Assembly (NCBI GenBank): GCA_029953675.1
Contig: JAMWBK010000004.1
Coordinates: 2,852,001-2,916,000 of the forward strand
Direction of reading: 5' to 3'
From: Rhodosorus marinus CCMP1338
Lineage: Eukaryota; Plantae; Rhodophyta
DNA length: 64,000 nucleotides
Every line of letters starts with the position of its first letter. The first letter of the stretch is position 1. The translations under genes and the position numbers were made by a program. The notes under the pieces are model-generated. The model saw only the letters and a program-made list of their open reading frames with translations. It had not been told where the DNA came from and did not search any database. Below are positions 25,360-38,949 of the stretch, piece after piece.

Positions 25360-25764
25360 GACTGTGAGAACTAATCTGTTTCTATATCACTATGTTAGAA
25401 TTTTGCGGATTATCACCGCAAGGCAACCTTGACGGAGTCAAAGGGGAATTAGATCAATAGAACCGCCAGCAGCGCGATAGTATTCTTATAGTGTGCAAGG
25501 AGATGAGCTGTGTAGGCCATTGGCAGTTGAGTCAACTCCTACCTATAAATCGAGAATCAAATGCAAGAAAACAAACCCGCGAGATGAAACGAAAAAAAAA
25601 ATCGCAGACTGGTCTTTGTTATAGTATCGGAATTGTTCGTTGTCAAACACTAAAAAATCCCTCGCGTCTCGGTCTATACATCATATCGCAACAGGGAAAT
25701 AGAAGCGCTCAATTGTCTGCCATTCCTTCGTCAAGGACTGGCGCAGGGGCCAAACCCTATTGCA

Positions 25765-28700
25765 TCAAGAGATAGAAGAACAAGAACTGTTCAGGAATCG
25801 ACTGGAGTCGAAAGCGTACGCGCTGGGGTACTTTGGCGGTGCGAAACCGGAAATAACGTCTGCACATACCGGTGTAATTGCCAGCCGCTCTTCCTCTTTT
25901 TTCTTCTTTTCAGCCAATTCGGCCTGCTTTTCTTCATCATACAGGTCAGTATTGTCACCGGCGCTGAACTCTTTGGTTTGGATCAGGAAGTCGCGAAGGT
26001 GACTCTTGAAAGCGTTCTCATCGTTCAGACTGCCAAACATATTTGCCACGACCTTCTCGACTTGACGAGGCGTAAGATTTGGGAACGACATTTTCAAAAC
26101 GTGTTCAAGATGGTTCTTAACAAAAAGTTGGTTCGACTGTGGAGATCCAGCCATTGCCACCTCCTCCGCCGCTGAGGGGTTCCACATCGGCTCTTTCACG
26201 GACTCCTTCGCGACCACAGACAAAATGTGCATAAGGATCATTGCGTGGTATTTGAATCCTGGTCTGTGCAGGGTGTCAGTCAAAACGCTCAGTATATCGT
26301 TGAGGATCATCCTGAAACAGGTTGTGTAAAAGTATCCCAAGAACGAAGACTTGTCAACATTCTGGAGCAGTTCCAAGAGGATGATCAAACCGGTCTCTGC
26401 GACATTTCGTTCTGTATGCTTGATGGCCCATATCACAGCGTTGATAACGAGCTTGAACTCGGCCTCAGCCGCTGCGGGATCATCATCGAGAGTGAACAAT
26501 GCCGGAAAGTTGTACTGATTGATCGTCCTCAGGAGCAGGAAGAACTTCAAGCGAGCGTCCGGGAAATCTTCAAAATTGTTCTTGATCATCTCAAGCGTGC
26601 AGGCGAAAAGCGATTTGAACACGAGCCGTAGCGTCTGCACTGGAAGTCCACTGGTGAATACAATCACTTGTGAAAAGAGCGAGAGAACCTCAGCATCTCG
26701 CACTTCTGGCGGCGATTCGTAGTAATCCACAAGCATCGGCTCCGTCATTGGTGAAACAATGGTGGCCATAACCTCCTCCTGATTCTGAATGTCTTTCGCA
26801 TTCAAAAACGCCTCTATTGTTCTGCAAATCTCCTTCTTGATCGATCTAATATTTCGCGCGTCGAAGGACTTGACCATGTTCGGGCCGCCCGTCCTGATCA
26901 CCTCAGCAAGCATTCTCGAATAGGCAGTATACAGTATCATCATGTTCGGGAACATCCATGCCAGTTGGACAAAGTAAGGAGCTCCTAAAGAGGATGCTAC
27001 TCTCGCATTGGTCTTCAGAATTGTTACCAAGCTCTTCATGTCCTCGCGTCGTTGCAAATTCTGCTCATTGAGCCTCGCCTCGTCAATAACGTGCTGAAAC
27101 GTTGCGTTAGGTAGCTCAAAGAGCTTCTTCACAAGTTCAGGCTGCTCGGCAGCCGGGCTCACGGCGACAATCCAGCCTGTTTTGTAAAGTGTGGGATGCA
27201 ATCGTGTCAGTTCCAGGACTCAACTGCAGGAGAATTACGACGGACATACCGCAAGATTCATAGAAGGAATGCACTTGATGCGGCTGCAGTTCCTTGATGA
27301 TCTCCAAAACGTTTGAAAGCATTTCGCTAATGAAGGGTTGCGTTTCACCGGCTTGGGTCTTAACGAACTTTCGCCTACACTTTTGAGAGATCTTTAAGAA
27401 CGTATCACATGCCATGTCCTGGTTGAAAAAGCGCAGCACAGAAGAGTTAGAATTGTACTTTCCCTCACAAAAGTCGAGAGCTGCTTCCGGCCGTTCACGA
27501 CAACCGTTCGCTCCTACTTTGAAAGTGAACGATTTTCCCTACCTGGACACCGGGATGCGTCTCATGCATGAATTCAAAAAGTTTGTTCACGACGGTCTTC
27601 AAAAACTTCCAATGAGCCCGGAGAAACCGAGGGTATTGCCCAACCACGTACATGATGTTGCTGGCTACAACCGCTTTGTTGTCCTTTCCACGCTTCATTT
27701 CACAGAGTTGGAGGAGCTCCTTCACCACAGTCACGAGGAACTGCTTCTCCTCCGCTTCACCCATAGCTCCCGATATAGAACCGATTGCCCAGCAAAGGGT
27801 GTTTAAGTTGTTCCAAGACCACTGCGAGCCGTTCATTTGCATGTTCAATTTCTCCAGCATAATAACTTCCGTATCGGTAGTGCTCAGGTGGCAAAGGTAT
27901 ATAAGAGTCTCCTTAACGGTTTTGTACAGCGCAATAGCGTCGGAATCCTTGATCGTCTCGCGCACGATTTCACCATTATCGTCTTCTACGATCAAGACTT
28001 CCTCTGGCTTCGGGACTCGAGAAATAATGACCCTACGCAGTGCGGACAACATGGGCTCGTACATGTTCATTCGCTCTTCAAAGTTGGATCTGTCCCCGTT
28101 CGGGTTCACTGTCAACGTTCGAAGTGCAAAGATCGCCCCTTGCATCTTTGCCCCATGTTGCTGATGGTGCAAGTCAAACGCAAACTTGTGCCAAAACTCG
28201 AGACACGTCTTGAAAACTTCGACCTCGCTCACAGATGATATTTTCACGAAATACTCCAATCCAATCTGTACGGTGTGCACATAGTAAAACCCGTTCAACT
28301 CTCAGATTGGAAGATATTCAACACCATCTCAACACTTTCGGGTGTGGGTAAAGTCTCCTACCTTTAGAGCTTCATGGGCCTCTGTGTTCCCCGCTTCCAG
28401 GACCCTCAGGTTGTTCCTGAAAAAGCCCGAAAAAAACAGAGCGAGGTCCATAATGAACGTCTGCGTTTGGTCATCCGCATCCTCATAAGCGTTGGCTATG
28501 TCCACAGACTGCGGAACTATCTCGGTTAGATGCAAAATGAAAGAGACGTAGAGATGTAAAAACTTTTCGTCATAGACAACTCCAACAGACAAGGACCCGA
28601 TCTCCACCAAACATTTGAGCGCATGGTTCCGTAGAGCCGGAACCTTTACACATTGTAGCAGCGTGTTAATCAGCTCAGTCTCGAATATGTAACCCAACGG

Positions 28701-29746
28701 TATCCAAGCGAGGAACTTTTCCAACGTGTTCAGCGTGGCAATCAAGAGCTCCGGTTTGCTCTCGCTCAAGCTTGAAGTTTGGTCAAAAACGAACTGACAA
28801 AGCTCAAACACCTTTGAAAACTCGTTGTTAAACTGGCTCTTCAAGTTGTCAATTTTTTCTTGCGTCAATTGTCCAGCCGAGAACTGGAAAACCTCTTCAC
28901 TCAAGAGCGACAAGATTTGCAAGTTGTTCTCGCATCTTGAAGTGGAGGTCTTGGACGCTCCCACAATATCGTTGACAAAAGAGCGCCAATTCGCTGGCCA
29001 TTCCTAGTTGTAGCAACAGTTCAACAAAACATATTAGACACCCGGATTCCCTCAGGTTCCATTCTAGAAAAGCTCTCGCCTACTTGTTTAACAACTTGCA
29101 CAAGGCTCCCATTTAGCTTCATGAGGTAGGTTTGCTCTCTTCTCATCGTCTCCTCATCGGTTGACATTTCGATGACCTAGGCCACGGCGCAAAGGCGTAA
29201 AAGCTTTTACATCCAGGCTGGAAAGTGGTCAAGTGTAGAGGAGGGGAAAACGTTTTACCTTCTTAACAACGTAGTCTCTGATCTGTTCACAGGTCTCCCG
29301 AGGCAACAGTTTCCATCTATACCTGCGGATACGGCGAGTTTCGGACGATGCGATGAGTTTTTCCCATTTTGGAATATGCGTTTCTTGTGAGCGGCCACGA
29401 CTCAGCTCTATCTTACTGTATCATGTCTCCAAGTATCTGCAGCGCATAAAATTTTGCCGACGCAGATGCATATGGACTGTCCAGAATCTTGTCCACTCTC
29501 AGCCAAGAATCCGAATTTTCTTGTAGACGAGTTAAAACGCTCTGAGCGCTGTTCCTCTGCAGTTCACAAGGTGAGAGCTAGCTAGGTTAGCAAAGGACAT
29601 ATCCAGAAAAAGGCAACACCGACAAGGACTACTCTGGAATAACCAACCTCATCCGAGTTCGTAGAAGTATACAGGCTTTGAATAATTCTCTCCAACAAAG
29701 CCACGAACTCGGCGTCGGGCAACTTCGGGTCTAGCAGTTGTTCCAT
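25765..29746 (-). CDS. XPO1: Exportin-1 (CRM1), multi-exon
   Basis: Assembled exons: [26 protein letters not shown]..., WLRVDKILD...[136 protein letters not shown]. Confidence 0.96.
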
Positions 29747-32289
29747 ATCTATCCCTATCTAAGCACCAAGCTTCTATTTCCTCTCCGACCTGTCCCGTGT
29801 TGTCCCAGTTCTCTTCCTCCGGGAGCAGATAGCACGCGTCTATATCCAATTCAGTTGCCCTTCAACTCAAAACGACTTAACTAATAGATCTCCACGCTAT
29901 CTAAGCAGGAAATAGCGGCGCCCTCTCCTACAACAGACGCGCGAAAAGTCGTAGCTCATCAAGCTCTTCTACGGTACAAGCCCATCATGGACCCACAAAC
30001 TCCCTCCAAAAGAACCTCAAGGAACTTTGACCCACCCCGTCAGACGTTGCCGCAAGAAAAGACAAACCGGAAAAAAACCAAGGATACCCAACAAACCTAA
30101 ACCAGCCCCTTTAAACAACTCTCCGATCCTTTCTAGAAACCGTCCAAAATTCAACTTTGCTTTGTTTCCCTGCAGTTCACCTAAAGCAAAGAGAAAACTC
30201 CCTTTCTATTCTCCCTACAAACCTGGCTCCTTCAAACGCTGATTTTCAAACGTCTCCGTCCCTCTTCTATAGAAAGAGACCTAATCCATCTTCCTTCCTC
30301 CTTCATGAATACTTCGTTCAAACCACCCAAGCCACACCAAAAACAACTCTGCCGTCTCGAAGAACGTCTTGAGACCCAAAGGCTGCAAACAAGAATCGAT
30401 ACCGAAGCTGCTTTTGGGATGAGCTGTTATGGAAGAACGAAGGAAATCATTGCCCACAACGAAAGATCGAGAAGAGGAATGAGAAGTTGTGAGTATGCTA
30501 ATCTGATTCCGTCCCACGGAATCAGATTAGCATACGGGACTCACGGTCGTTCGCTTGTTACGCTTGATGAACATGCCAAGAGCTTCTGAACATTGTTGCT
30601 GTTTCCGACCTGGGTTGCTGGGATGAGCACCCATATGGAGAGGTTTTCATGATTTCTGTGGGCTTGCTTTTTTCCCGTGTTGTTGTTGGACTTGGGAGGC
30701 TTTGGTTAGAACTACCCTTGGGTCATTCTTGTAGTGACTTGGGAAGGAGGTTGCTCGTTCTATCAGATCGCATGGTGTGTTTCAGGACGTAACTCCCATG
30801 TGCTCGTTCGGTCTCAGATTACGAGCAGATTCTTCCGAGTTTCCTGTTCGGCTGGACAGTCTCTAGTTGCCGGGACCGGCCGCAGCTGTTCCTCCTTTTG
30901 CACGAACCAAAAAATTTGAGATCGGATCCTGGCGAGGGCCAGCGCCGGTGTTTAGACCGATTGAGCACCTTCAGTTGTATGCCAATCGACCAACGTCTTG
31001 CACTAAGTTGCCCTCTGGTGGACGGAAAGAAACAGGGTTCGAAAGCACAAGCGCCAGTCCCACAGCAGGTGTACGGGAGCAGGGTAGCTGTCAACGTTCA
31101 CACAACACACTGCTTGACCTCGCGCCAAGAATCGCAGACTTTAACGTGACGTATACTCATACTACTAACTGGCCATCGATCTCAAACAGAATGCAAAACA
31201 AAGCTAGGGCTACCCTTGCCCAGCCACCGCTCATGCTGGCGCTTCCGAGAACCGAGGATTTCTCCCGAATTCGACATGGGGTACACAGCAGACCCCAGAA
31301 AGATCAACATTTCCAGTTAACTTTTTTGGCGCATTGTGTTCATAACTTAACGTCACGCGCGATATTGCATTGAATATACATTCGGCAATTTTCTAAATTC
31401 ATTATATACTTTGTAAATACAACAACTATAGTGTAGAAACGATTCCCCCCCAAAACACGCGCCATATGTTGACTTTCGCTGAAGGGGAGTGCGCTCTTGC
31501 TAGCAATTCCAAAAAAAGCATTTTAATATATTTTTGCAACCCAAATGCTTGCCCGAGCGAGAAGACCTGTCCCCTCCCTATAGCTGAATGATAGTGTTTT
31601 AGTACTATTTCGAAATATTACTATGCATATTGTCATGGGGTCCACAACAAAAATTAGTGAAAAACTTTCTCCAAGGAAACTGCAAACTGTGCGAGAGAAA
31701 TCTCACAAAAATTTTCGTCTCCTTGACTGGTGGATTATTATATGAATAATAGAAGCTTTTTTGAAAGCATTGGGGGTTTTGATGGTGTCCAAGTGGTCAG
31801 TGCGGATTGGCATATCATCTGCCATATGTGTTCAGAGCTATTTTGGATATAGAAAGATCACTGTGAGTGGCTGGTGGATGAGGGATTCACAAATATCTTG
31901 GATTTGCTTCACACATTTATTTGAAAATGTCGAAAATTTTGTTAGGCTCAACTTCTGTGCATTACAGGAACGAAATAGACTTGGCGGGCTCCATAGAACC
32001 CGATAAGGCTCTATGAACTGGCTAAGCCGTACTGAAGGGTTATGAGAATTCTTTATTTACAGTGTCGTTCTACATAAAGAGCTGGTGTGCTCTAAAGAAA
32101 TCATTATAAAAATATTTTGGAACGAATATCCTTAAATAGCAGTCAAATCCCCCAATTCTGCGGTATAAAATTATTTAAGAGTCGACAACTCGTTTTTCTT
32201 TTAACAAGATGTTTCTATTCAACACCTGCATAGGAGCAAAGGGTGGCGAGGACGTGTGGGCTACCTCCATTTACCCTTTTTTGAACATT

Positions 32290-32403
32290 ATAGACTAGAA
32301 ATGGTTGAACTGGCACCCCCCTGGCCCGCAGCAACACGAATTAACGAAGCGATGCGAAAATTCTGATATGGGGTACCCCTGGGAAGTCCTCAAGTCCGCA
32401 ACT
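32290..32403 (+). pseudogene. Possible highly degenerate 5S rRNA-derived sequence
   Basis: ATGGGGTACCCCTGGGAAGTCCTC (32368-32391) resembles the 5S 3' domain (recalled plant 5S ATGGGTGACCTCCTGGGAAGTCCTC). Upstream GCACC...AACACGAATTAACG weakly resembles GCACC...AACTCCGCAGTTAAGC. The 5' half aligns poorly. Confidence 0.3.
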
Positions 32404-33601
32404 CTGTGCTTGTATCAATAAAGAAAAAGGAGGGGTTTTAGGAGAAAGGAAACGCTGAAATTATCGCCAACAAAGAGCTTGCTCTCTATTTCATCCCTAC
32501 GCAGAAAATCACAAGCTCTACCCTCAGTCAATATGGGTGGTTGGCCAATTATGTGGGTAGCTCCATTTTTTGGACTGAATACGCTGGACCAACTTTAAGC
32601 CATAGAACGTATTTTTGAATATATTGTCAGAGAACCTCTCTTGATTAGTTTGAAAGCCATTTTCTCCTTCCCAAATGAGAATTCACCACGCTCCCCTTAG
32701 GGACTATATCCCTCTAAACACTACAAATAAACAAGAGCCAGCCCAGTCCTAGAGGGAGGAGGGGTTGCCAGAATCATCAAAAGTATCCTCCTCGCTCAGT
32801 ACCCTGGGGGGAGCACAAAGACTCCACCAGCGATGGCTGGGAATTCCAAGGGGTCAAGTTGATTGTAGTATTGTTGAAGTTATAATTATTTTCCTTAAAG
32901 TTCAAGAGTTATATTGACGATTGATGAATTTTGATGCGGAAGAAAGGGGGGGTATAAGTTGTTTAATAGCGATAAGGTCTTGGAACGGATTTGGGAGCCG
33001 TGGGAGGTAATTAGAAGCGGCCTCACAACTGTAGGAGAAAGGGGAGATAAGGCAAAAATGCGAAAGCGAAGGAACGGGTTTGGTCGTCGTTATTGAGCTA
33101 ATTTTTTATTTCTCTATGGGAAGATGGGGAAGGAGGAGGTCGGGAGGATACAGCCTAGTGCTGAAAATGGAGGTGTTTGGGGTATTAGGGAAGATAGAAG
33201 GAAGAGATCGTGAGAAGGGGGAAGGTTTGATTGCGGATTAGCGATAATTTGATTAGCTATTTAGGGCGTTGAAGGTCGTGGGGGGGAGATTGGCGGGAAG
33301 TTGTTCTAGAGTATTTGAGGAGTTGATACATAGATTGGTCTGGAAGACCAGTGACTGTTTGTAGAGGTTTTGTTTGTGGTATTTGAAAACCAAGGTGTGG
33401 TTATCGGGATTGCCCTTGTTTTTGTTTGGGCGAGAGGAGGGAAACGAGTTGGGCTCGTGCTCGAGGAAAGCTCGAGTCGTTGCTTCGAGTCGGGCCTTGG
33501 CTCGCGTGGTTTTGCATCAGGTCGACTTCTTCGACGAGCAAATATTTGTACCGCCTGCTTTTTTCTTGTCAGACGCGTTTAGCGTCTGAACCAATTCGAG
33601 C

Positions 33602-35099
33602 ATGGATCTAAGAGTAGGGGGAAAGTGGCGACTTGGGCGAAAGATTGGATCGGGATCTTTCGGAGACATTTATCTGGGTATGAGATCGTACCTACAATTT
33701 TGTGATTGGTTGGGACTTCGTCACCGCTTGTGTAGGGATCGCAGCTGTTGCGTGTAAATGCCTGTAACTTGGTCTCACAAATTCGCTTTGCACTCGTTAA
33801 TAGGAATTAATGTTCAATCAAAGGAGGAGGTCGCGATTAAGCTTGAAAGCACAAAAACGAAACACCCCCAACTTTTGTACGAGAGCAAGATTTATCGTTA
33901 TTTGAACGGTGATCCAGCGGTAAGAGCAACGGCAAACTCATGCCTACAGGAAGCTTGGGCTTCGTTCTTTCCCGGGTTGAGGCGCTAGTGGCTAAATTGA
34001 ATTTTTTACGATTCATCGGAAAAGGGTGACGCAGTGGATGGAGTGCCAAAGATTTGGTGGTATGGACAGGAAGGAGACTACAACGTGATGGCAATCGACG
34101 TTCTCGTATGTCTTGACCGGGATAAAATGCTAGGTATACATGTTGATGAATGGACGTGGGACTCAGAACTGTTATTTTGTTCGTGGGCTTTGTACAGGGA
34201 CCAAGTCTAGAGGATCTCTTTAACTTTTGCAATCGGAAGTTCTCGGTGAAAACGGTACTCATGCTCGCGGATCAAATGATTCAGAGAATTGAGTACATCC
34301 ACTCGCGAAGTTTTCTCCACCGGGATATCAAGCCGGACAATTTTTTGATGGGAGCGAAGCCGAAGGAGAACATTGTGTACTTGATTGACTTTGGATTGGC
34401 GAAGAAGTACAGAGATCACCGAACTCATGTCCATATTCCGTATAGGTGAGGCGGCGCTTCAATGTATTTGCTCTGGACCTCTCCTTTCAGTCTATCAAGC
34501 TGTGCGCGGAGGCTTGAGGCATGAAGGCTTGAAACTGATTTGTATTCATGTGCTCTATGGACTTAGGGAAAACAAAAATCTTACTGGAACCGCGAGATAT
34601 GCCTCCATCAACACTCATCTGGGGATCGAGCAATGTAGGAGAGACGATCTCGAGTCTCTTGGGTATGTGCTCATGTACTTCAATAGGGGGAGCTTGCCGT
34701 GGCAAGGGCTGGGTGCAGCGACGAAGAAGTTGAAGTATCAGAAGATCAGCGACAAGAAGGTCTCTACTCCGATTGACGAGCTTTGCAGAGGGTAAGCATT
34801 TTACCAATCCCGTTTTAGATTTTTTGATGAGCAATGCTAAGCATACGCGATCGGCATTCATCTCTGTGACGTTTAGATTCCCCGTGGAATTCGCCGAGTA
34901 CTTGCGGTATTGCAGAAAACTCGATTTTGAATCGAAGCCTGACTACGCATACTTGAGAAGTCTGTTCAATAATTTGTACATTCGTGAGGGCTATGAGCAT
35001 GATTCCAAGTTTGACTGGTCATTAAGCAACACCGGGAAATCGAAGGACGGTGTGGCGGATCAAAAGAATGCCGGTGGTTCAAGTCGGAATAGACGGTAA
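33602..35099 (+). CDS. CK1: Casein kinase 1, multi-exon
   Basis: [133 protein letters not shown] possible tiny terminal exon lies at ~35212-35219. Confidence 0.97.
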
Positions 35100-35835
35100 C
35101 TTTTCCATCAATAATTAGTAAAACTAGAACCTCTAACAAGAACTTGAGCACGCCTTTTGAGTAAAGAAACATGTAAATGTGCTGGAGTGAACTGTGTCCT
35201 AATGGTTTCTAGGGGTTGAGCGTTTGTCCAGAAAGTGATCGAAGTGAGATCAGGTCTGCGTTCGAGCATAACCGTACGTGGGTAACCCTCCTCTAGGGCC
35301 TCGCGTCTCTCCTAGACGCGTCTGGCACAACCATAGTAGGATCTGCATATGTCCAATCTCTTAGTAGTAACATAGTCTGGCATTATTGTGCAGACCAATT
35401 CGACTCATCCAAAGTTTTGGCCTGCGTGGGGCGGGCCCGGCTTCAAACTTTGGTGCAGCTTTTCGGGCTTGATTATTGTGGGACACTATTTGCGGATCCA
35501 GCGGTTTCACGGCGTACAACTGCATCGCTCAAGGCGTAGCGCTTCTCTTGTTGATGTATCCCCTCCTCAACGAGCTTCAAGGTTGACTGCGTTGCCAACG
35601 AACATGCACAGCCGTAGGTGATTGGTACTGCGCTTGCCCTCACGCAGTCCCTTGCCACGTCACAGCAAGGGAGCGCGTGGATTCGAACATGGCTGATTAG
35701 TTTGGAATGCTTACCATCGACGTAGGTCTTGTCCGGAAGATTCGATGACTTCAGAATACCATCCTTTCCAAGTGAATAAGCGAGTGAGAACGAATCAGTG
35801 ATGTTTTGGCCTTCACAGGGCATAATCGCATCAAA

Positions 35836-36887
35836 ATGGACAAGAGCACCATTCTTGTGGTTGGAAAAGTCTTAATAGATGAATTCAATGAAAAGGGGCG
35901 CTTGCGGAGGTCAGTTGGCGGCGGAGGTCCCCAAGCAGCGTTTGGTTCGTCCGTAGTGCTTCCAGAAGGAAAGCCCCTTTTAATATCACTTGCTGGGAGC
36001 GATCTAGGAAGCTCGACGGAGCTCGTAGATATACTGAGGCGCACTGGAGCTAACCTTTCCGGAGTGAAAATCCTGGACCTGATAACACCGCACTTTCGGA
36101 TTACAATTAATGATGACGTTCCCGAACATGAAGAAGGACCAGGGTTTGAGAACTGGTTGACTATGCTGCAGACCGACTACGAAATTCCAAGCGGCCATGA
36201 AAGCATCGATACGATGCACGTCCTCATTGAAAGGGGAGGCTTCAATGACCTCCGACTTGCGCGGGCCTGGCGAAAGAACGCCTCACCTGGCTCATTTTTG
36301 AGCTTCGAACCGGTTATTCTCAGGGAATCTCCTCAGGAGGATTACAATAGCTTCAGAGCAATCGTCTCTGAATGTGATACTGTGTCTCCGGACTGGTACA
36401 CAGCTTGTAGGATCCCTGGACTCTCTCAAGTGGGCCTTACCGCACCTTCACGATTTAGGCTTTCCAGCATTTGCTCCGAGCGTTCTCGTAACTGATTTTC
36501 AGTAACTGCTTCTATTTATCGGTTGTGAAGGATTCCGACCCGAGGGAAGTGATCAACGAATGGTCAACTTATGGTCCCTCTAGTGTTACTGTTCGATGTG
36601 GGAGAGAAGGATCCTATCTCTGGGATAGGAAGGAGGGCAAGTCATGGCACATCCCCATATTTGAAGTATCAACTATAGATGTCACTGGAGCAGGGAACGC
36701 GTATGCAGCAGCCTACGCTACCGCTCGGTATGTGCTTGGACACGCGCCTTTGTACTCCGCCTCGCTAGCATCCGCGGCGGGTGCGGCGGCAGTTTTGAGC
36801 GAGGGCCTGCCTCCAGTGGATGATGCGCTTAAAAAGTTCGTATACGACGCAGCGGAGGATATTATTTCCCGAGTTGTACAACTTTAA
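35836..36887 (+). CDS. PfkB/ribokinase-family protein (atypical, GAGN)
   Basis: N-terminal ILVVGKVLIDE...GGGGPQAAFG and C-terminal VTVRCGREGSY...IDVTGAGNAYAAAY...ASAAGA. One intron at ~36435-36525. Confidence 0.85.
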
Positions 36888-37075
36888 ACGTGCCCGTACA
36901 CGTTGTACACTTTGCTAGGTCTCAACCGTTGCGATTTTTGGGGGGGCTCTGGGTCACCGAGTTCACAAGCTAGAATCAGATGGCTCAGGTCCGAGGCTTT
37001 CAGCGTTTCATTCTCTTTCGCATACGGAGTTGCTAAAAGAAGATACTGTCAACGCGCAAACCCTCACAATGATTA

Positions 37076-37490
37076 CACTGAGATTCATCCACACTCATTA
37101 GCTATATTGGTAGTCGCAGTGCGGAGGAGCTCAACAGGTGTCTAGGTCTAACAATCTCCACAATCTCTTAGATGATGACTTCCTGTTCGACACCACTGCT
37201 GCGGATAAAGCACTTCACCTTTCCCTCCTTTGGCCATCCAAACCTGGTACAAACCAGCCAAGGGTGCACTGAGATTCCTCCACATACATTGGCGATTTTG
37301 GAAGTCGCAGAGATCGGACGAGCTCAACTGGTGTCTAGGTCTAACAATCTGCACAATCTATTAGATGATCACTTTCTGTTCGACGCCACTGCTGCGGATA
37401 AAGCACTTCCCCTTTCCCTCCTTATGCCATCGAGACCACGCCAAGATTGCACTGAGATTCATCCACATTCATTGGCCATTTTTAGTGGGC
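37076..37490. repeat. ~185-190-bp imperfect tandem repeat, ~2.2 copies
   Basis: Units begin with CACTGAGATTC at 37076, 37267 and 37450. They share long blocks such as GGTGTCTAGGTCTAACAATCT and CACTGCTGCGGATAAAGCACTTC. Confidence 0.9.
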
Positions 37491-37725
37491 GCCGTGCGGT
37501 GAATGCATTTCTGTTGGAAATTTCTTCGGTTTGAAAGGTTCTCCTGACGGTTGGTGCAAAGTCGGAAGGGGATGTATAGACCTTGTTGAAAGCGTTGGGT
37601 AGATATCAACAGAGGATATATAGATACAACGGAAAAGATTTTGTAAAGGATGATATTGAAGCTAAGTGTTGGGAGAAGGCATAGTGGTTTTTGGTTTGGT
37701 GTGTCTCAGTGTTGTTATTGAAGAG

Positions 37726-38682
37726 ATGTTTGGGTTTGTGTCTGGTTGGTCGGGTTTGGGTGGGAGTCTGAGGGGTCGTGGTGGAGTATGTGAGGGTCGT
37801 CCAGGGCAGCGTGTTGTTGTTGTGGCAGGCATACCGAATTTGACGAAGAAACCTATTCCGTATCCTGGTGACGAGGAGTTCGTTGAACAGCTGGTGGTTG
37901 GCCTTGATTTGGAGTCTGTGGCTGTAGAGGAAAAGACGGTGAAGGAGGGGAAAAGTAGCTCGAGATACGAACCGCAAGTGAACAGAGATGAGATTAAAAA
38001 GACAAGGGAGAAAAACTATGAGCTGAGGTCTGGTGAGATTGCGGTGAGGTTTACGAACTCTCCAATGAAAATGGACGTCATTGCGCCGAGCGAAGCTGGA
38101 AAGAACCTGATGAAGTTGGGAGACTCGGTGGACATCAAGATTCCAAGGGGATGCCGGACTGGACTTTGCGGCGCGTGCACTGTAGACTTGGAGGACCCGA
38201 GTTTCCCGGACGGAATTCAGACCATCCGAGCTTGCCAGACAAATGTGCAGCTTCCTCCGGGCTGTGACGAGATGGTCATCGACCTTCACCGTATGGAACG
38301 TGCAGGAGATGATGATTTCAGCACCAAGGATCCCTTTGCTCGGTTTGAGATGATTGATACTGAGTACAAACCTGCTGCAGCCCCGAAATCACGTAAGTTA
38401 GTAATACCAACGAATAAAAACGTCGCCTAGAGAATGCCTGTCGGATCGCGATCGAAGGTCAGGCACGGAGACTGAATGGTTCACTGTTCAATCCTTGCAG
38501 GAAATGCACTGGTTTCGATCACATCATGCACAACCTGCGATGGTACGGGCAAACATATCTGCCCAGAGTGCATGGGAGAAGGCACTATGCAAGGTAACGC
38601 GGAGGTCCGATGCTACGTGTGTATGGGACGACCTTACGTCAGATGCGCGGATTGCCAGGGCTCTGGAATGAGAGAAGGCTAA
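37726..38682 (+). CDS. Plastid-targeted 2Fe-2S ferredoxin-like domain plus DnaJ-type CxxCxGxG zinc-finger protein, 2 exons
   Basis: Transit peptide MFGFVSGWSG. 2Fe-2S motif IPRGCRTGLCGACTV...IRACQT. Intron 38393-38500 (GTAAGT...TTGCAG, phase consistent). Exon 2: CTTCDGTG, CPECMGEG, CYVCMG, CADCQGSG. Confidence 0.85.
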
Positions 38683-38949
38683 TTGAACCCCATAACCCAG
38701 TATTTTACGAAGGCAAAGGAGACGAGCGAAGCGAGAAAGTCAAACGACTCAACTAAGTATAGGAGTTGTATAGGCGAAGTCTATGGAGAAGAAACTCCAT
38801 GCCCATCATAACTTAACGATAGAGAGATAACTGTACAGGCGACGTTCAAGTCAAGAACATACAGTGCGAATCGAAAAAAAAGGGTGCATGTCCACATACT
38901 CTTGGGAGTAGACAAACCACCTCAACCTCCGTGGCGATCTACCACGCCT

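Noticed and set aside
30565-30589. TGATGA...CTGA resembling a C/D-box snoRNA
   Set aside because: The boxes are only ~15 nt apart, with no terminal stem or rRNA-complementary guide identified.
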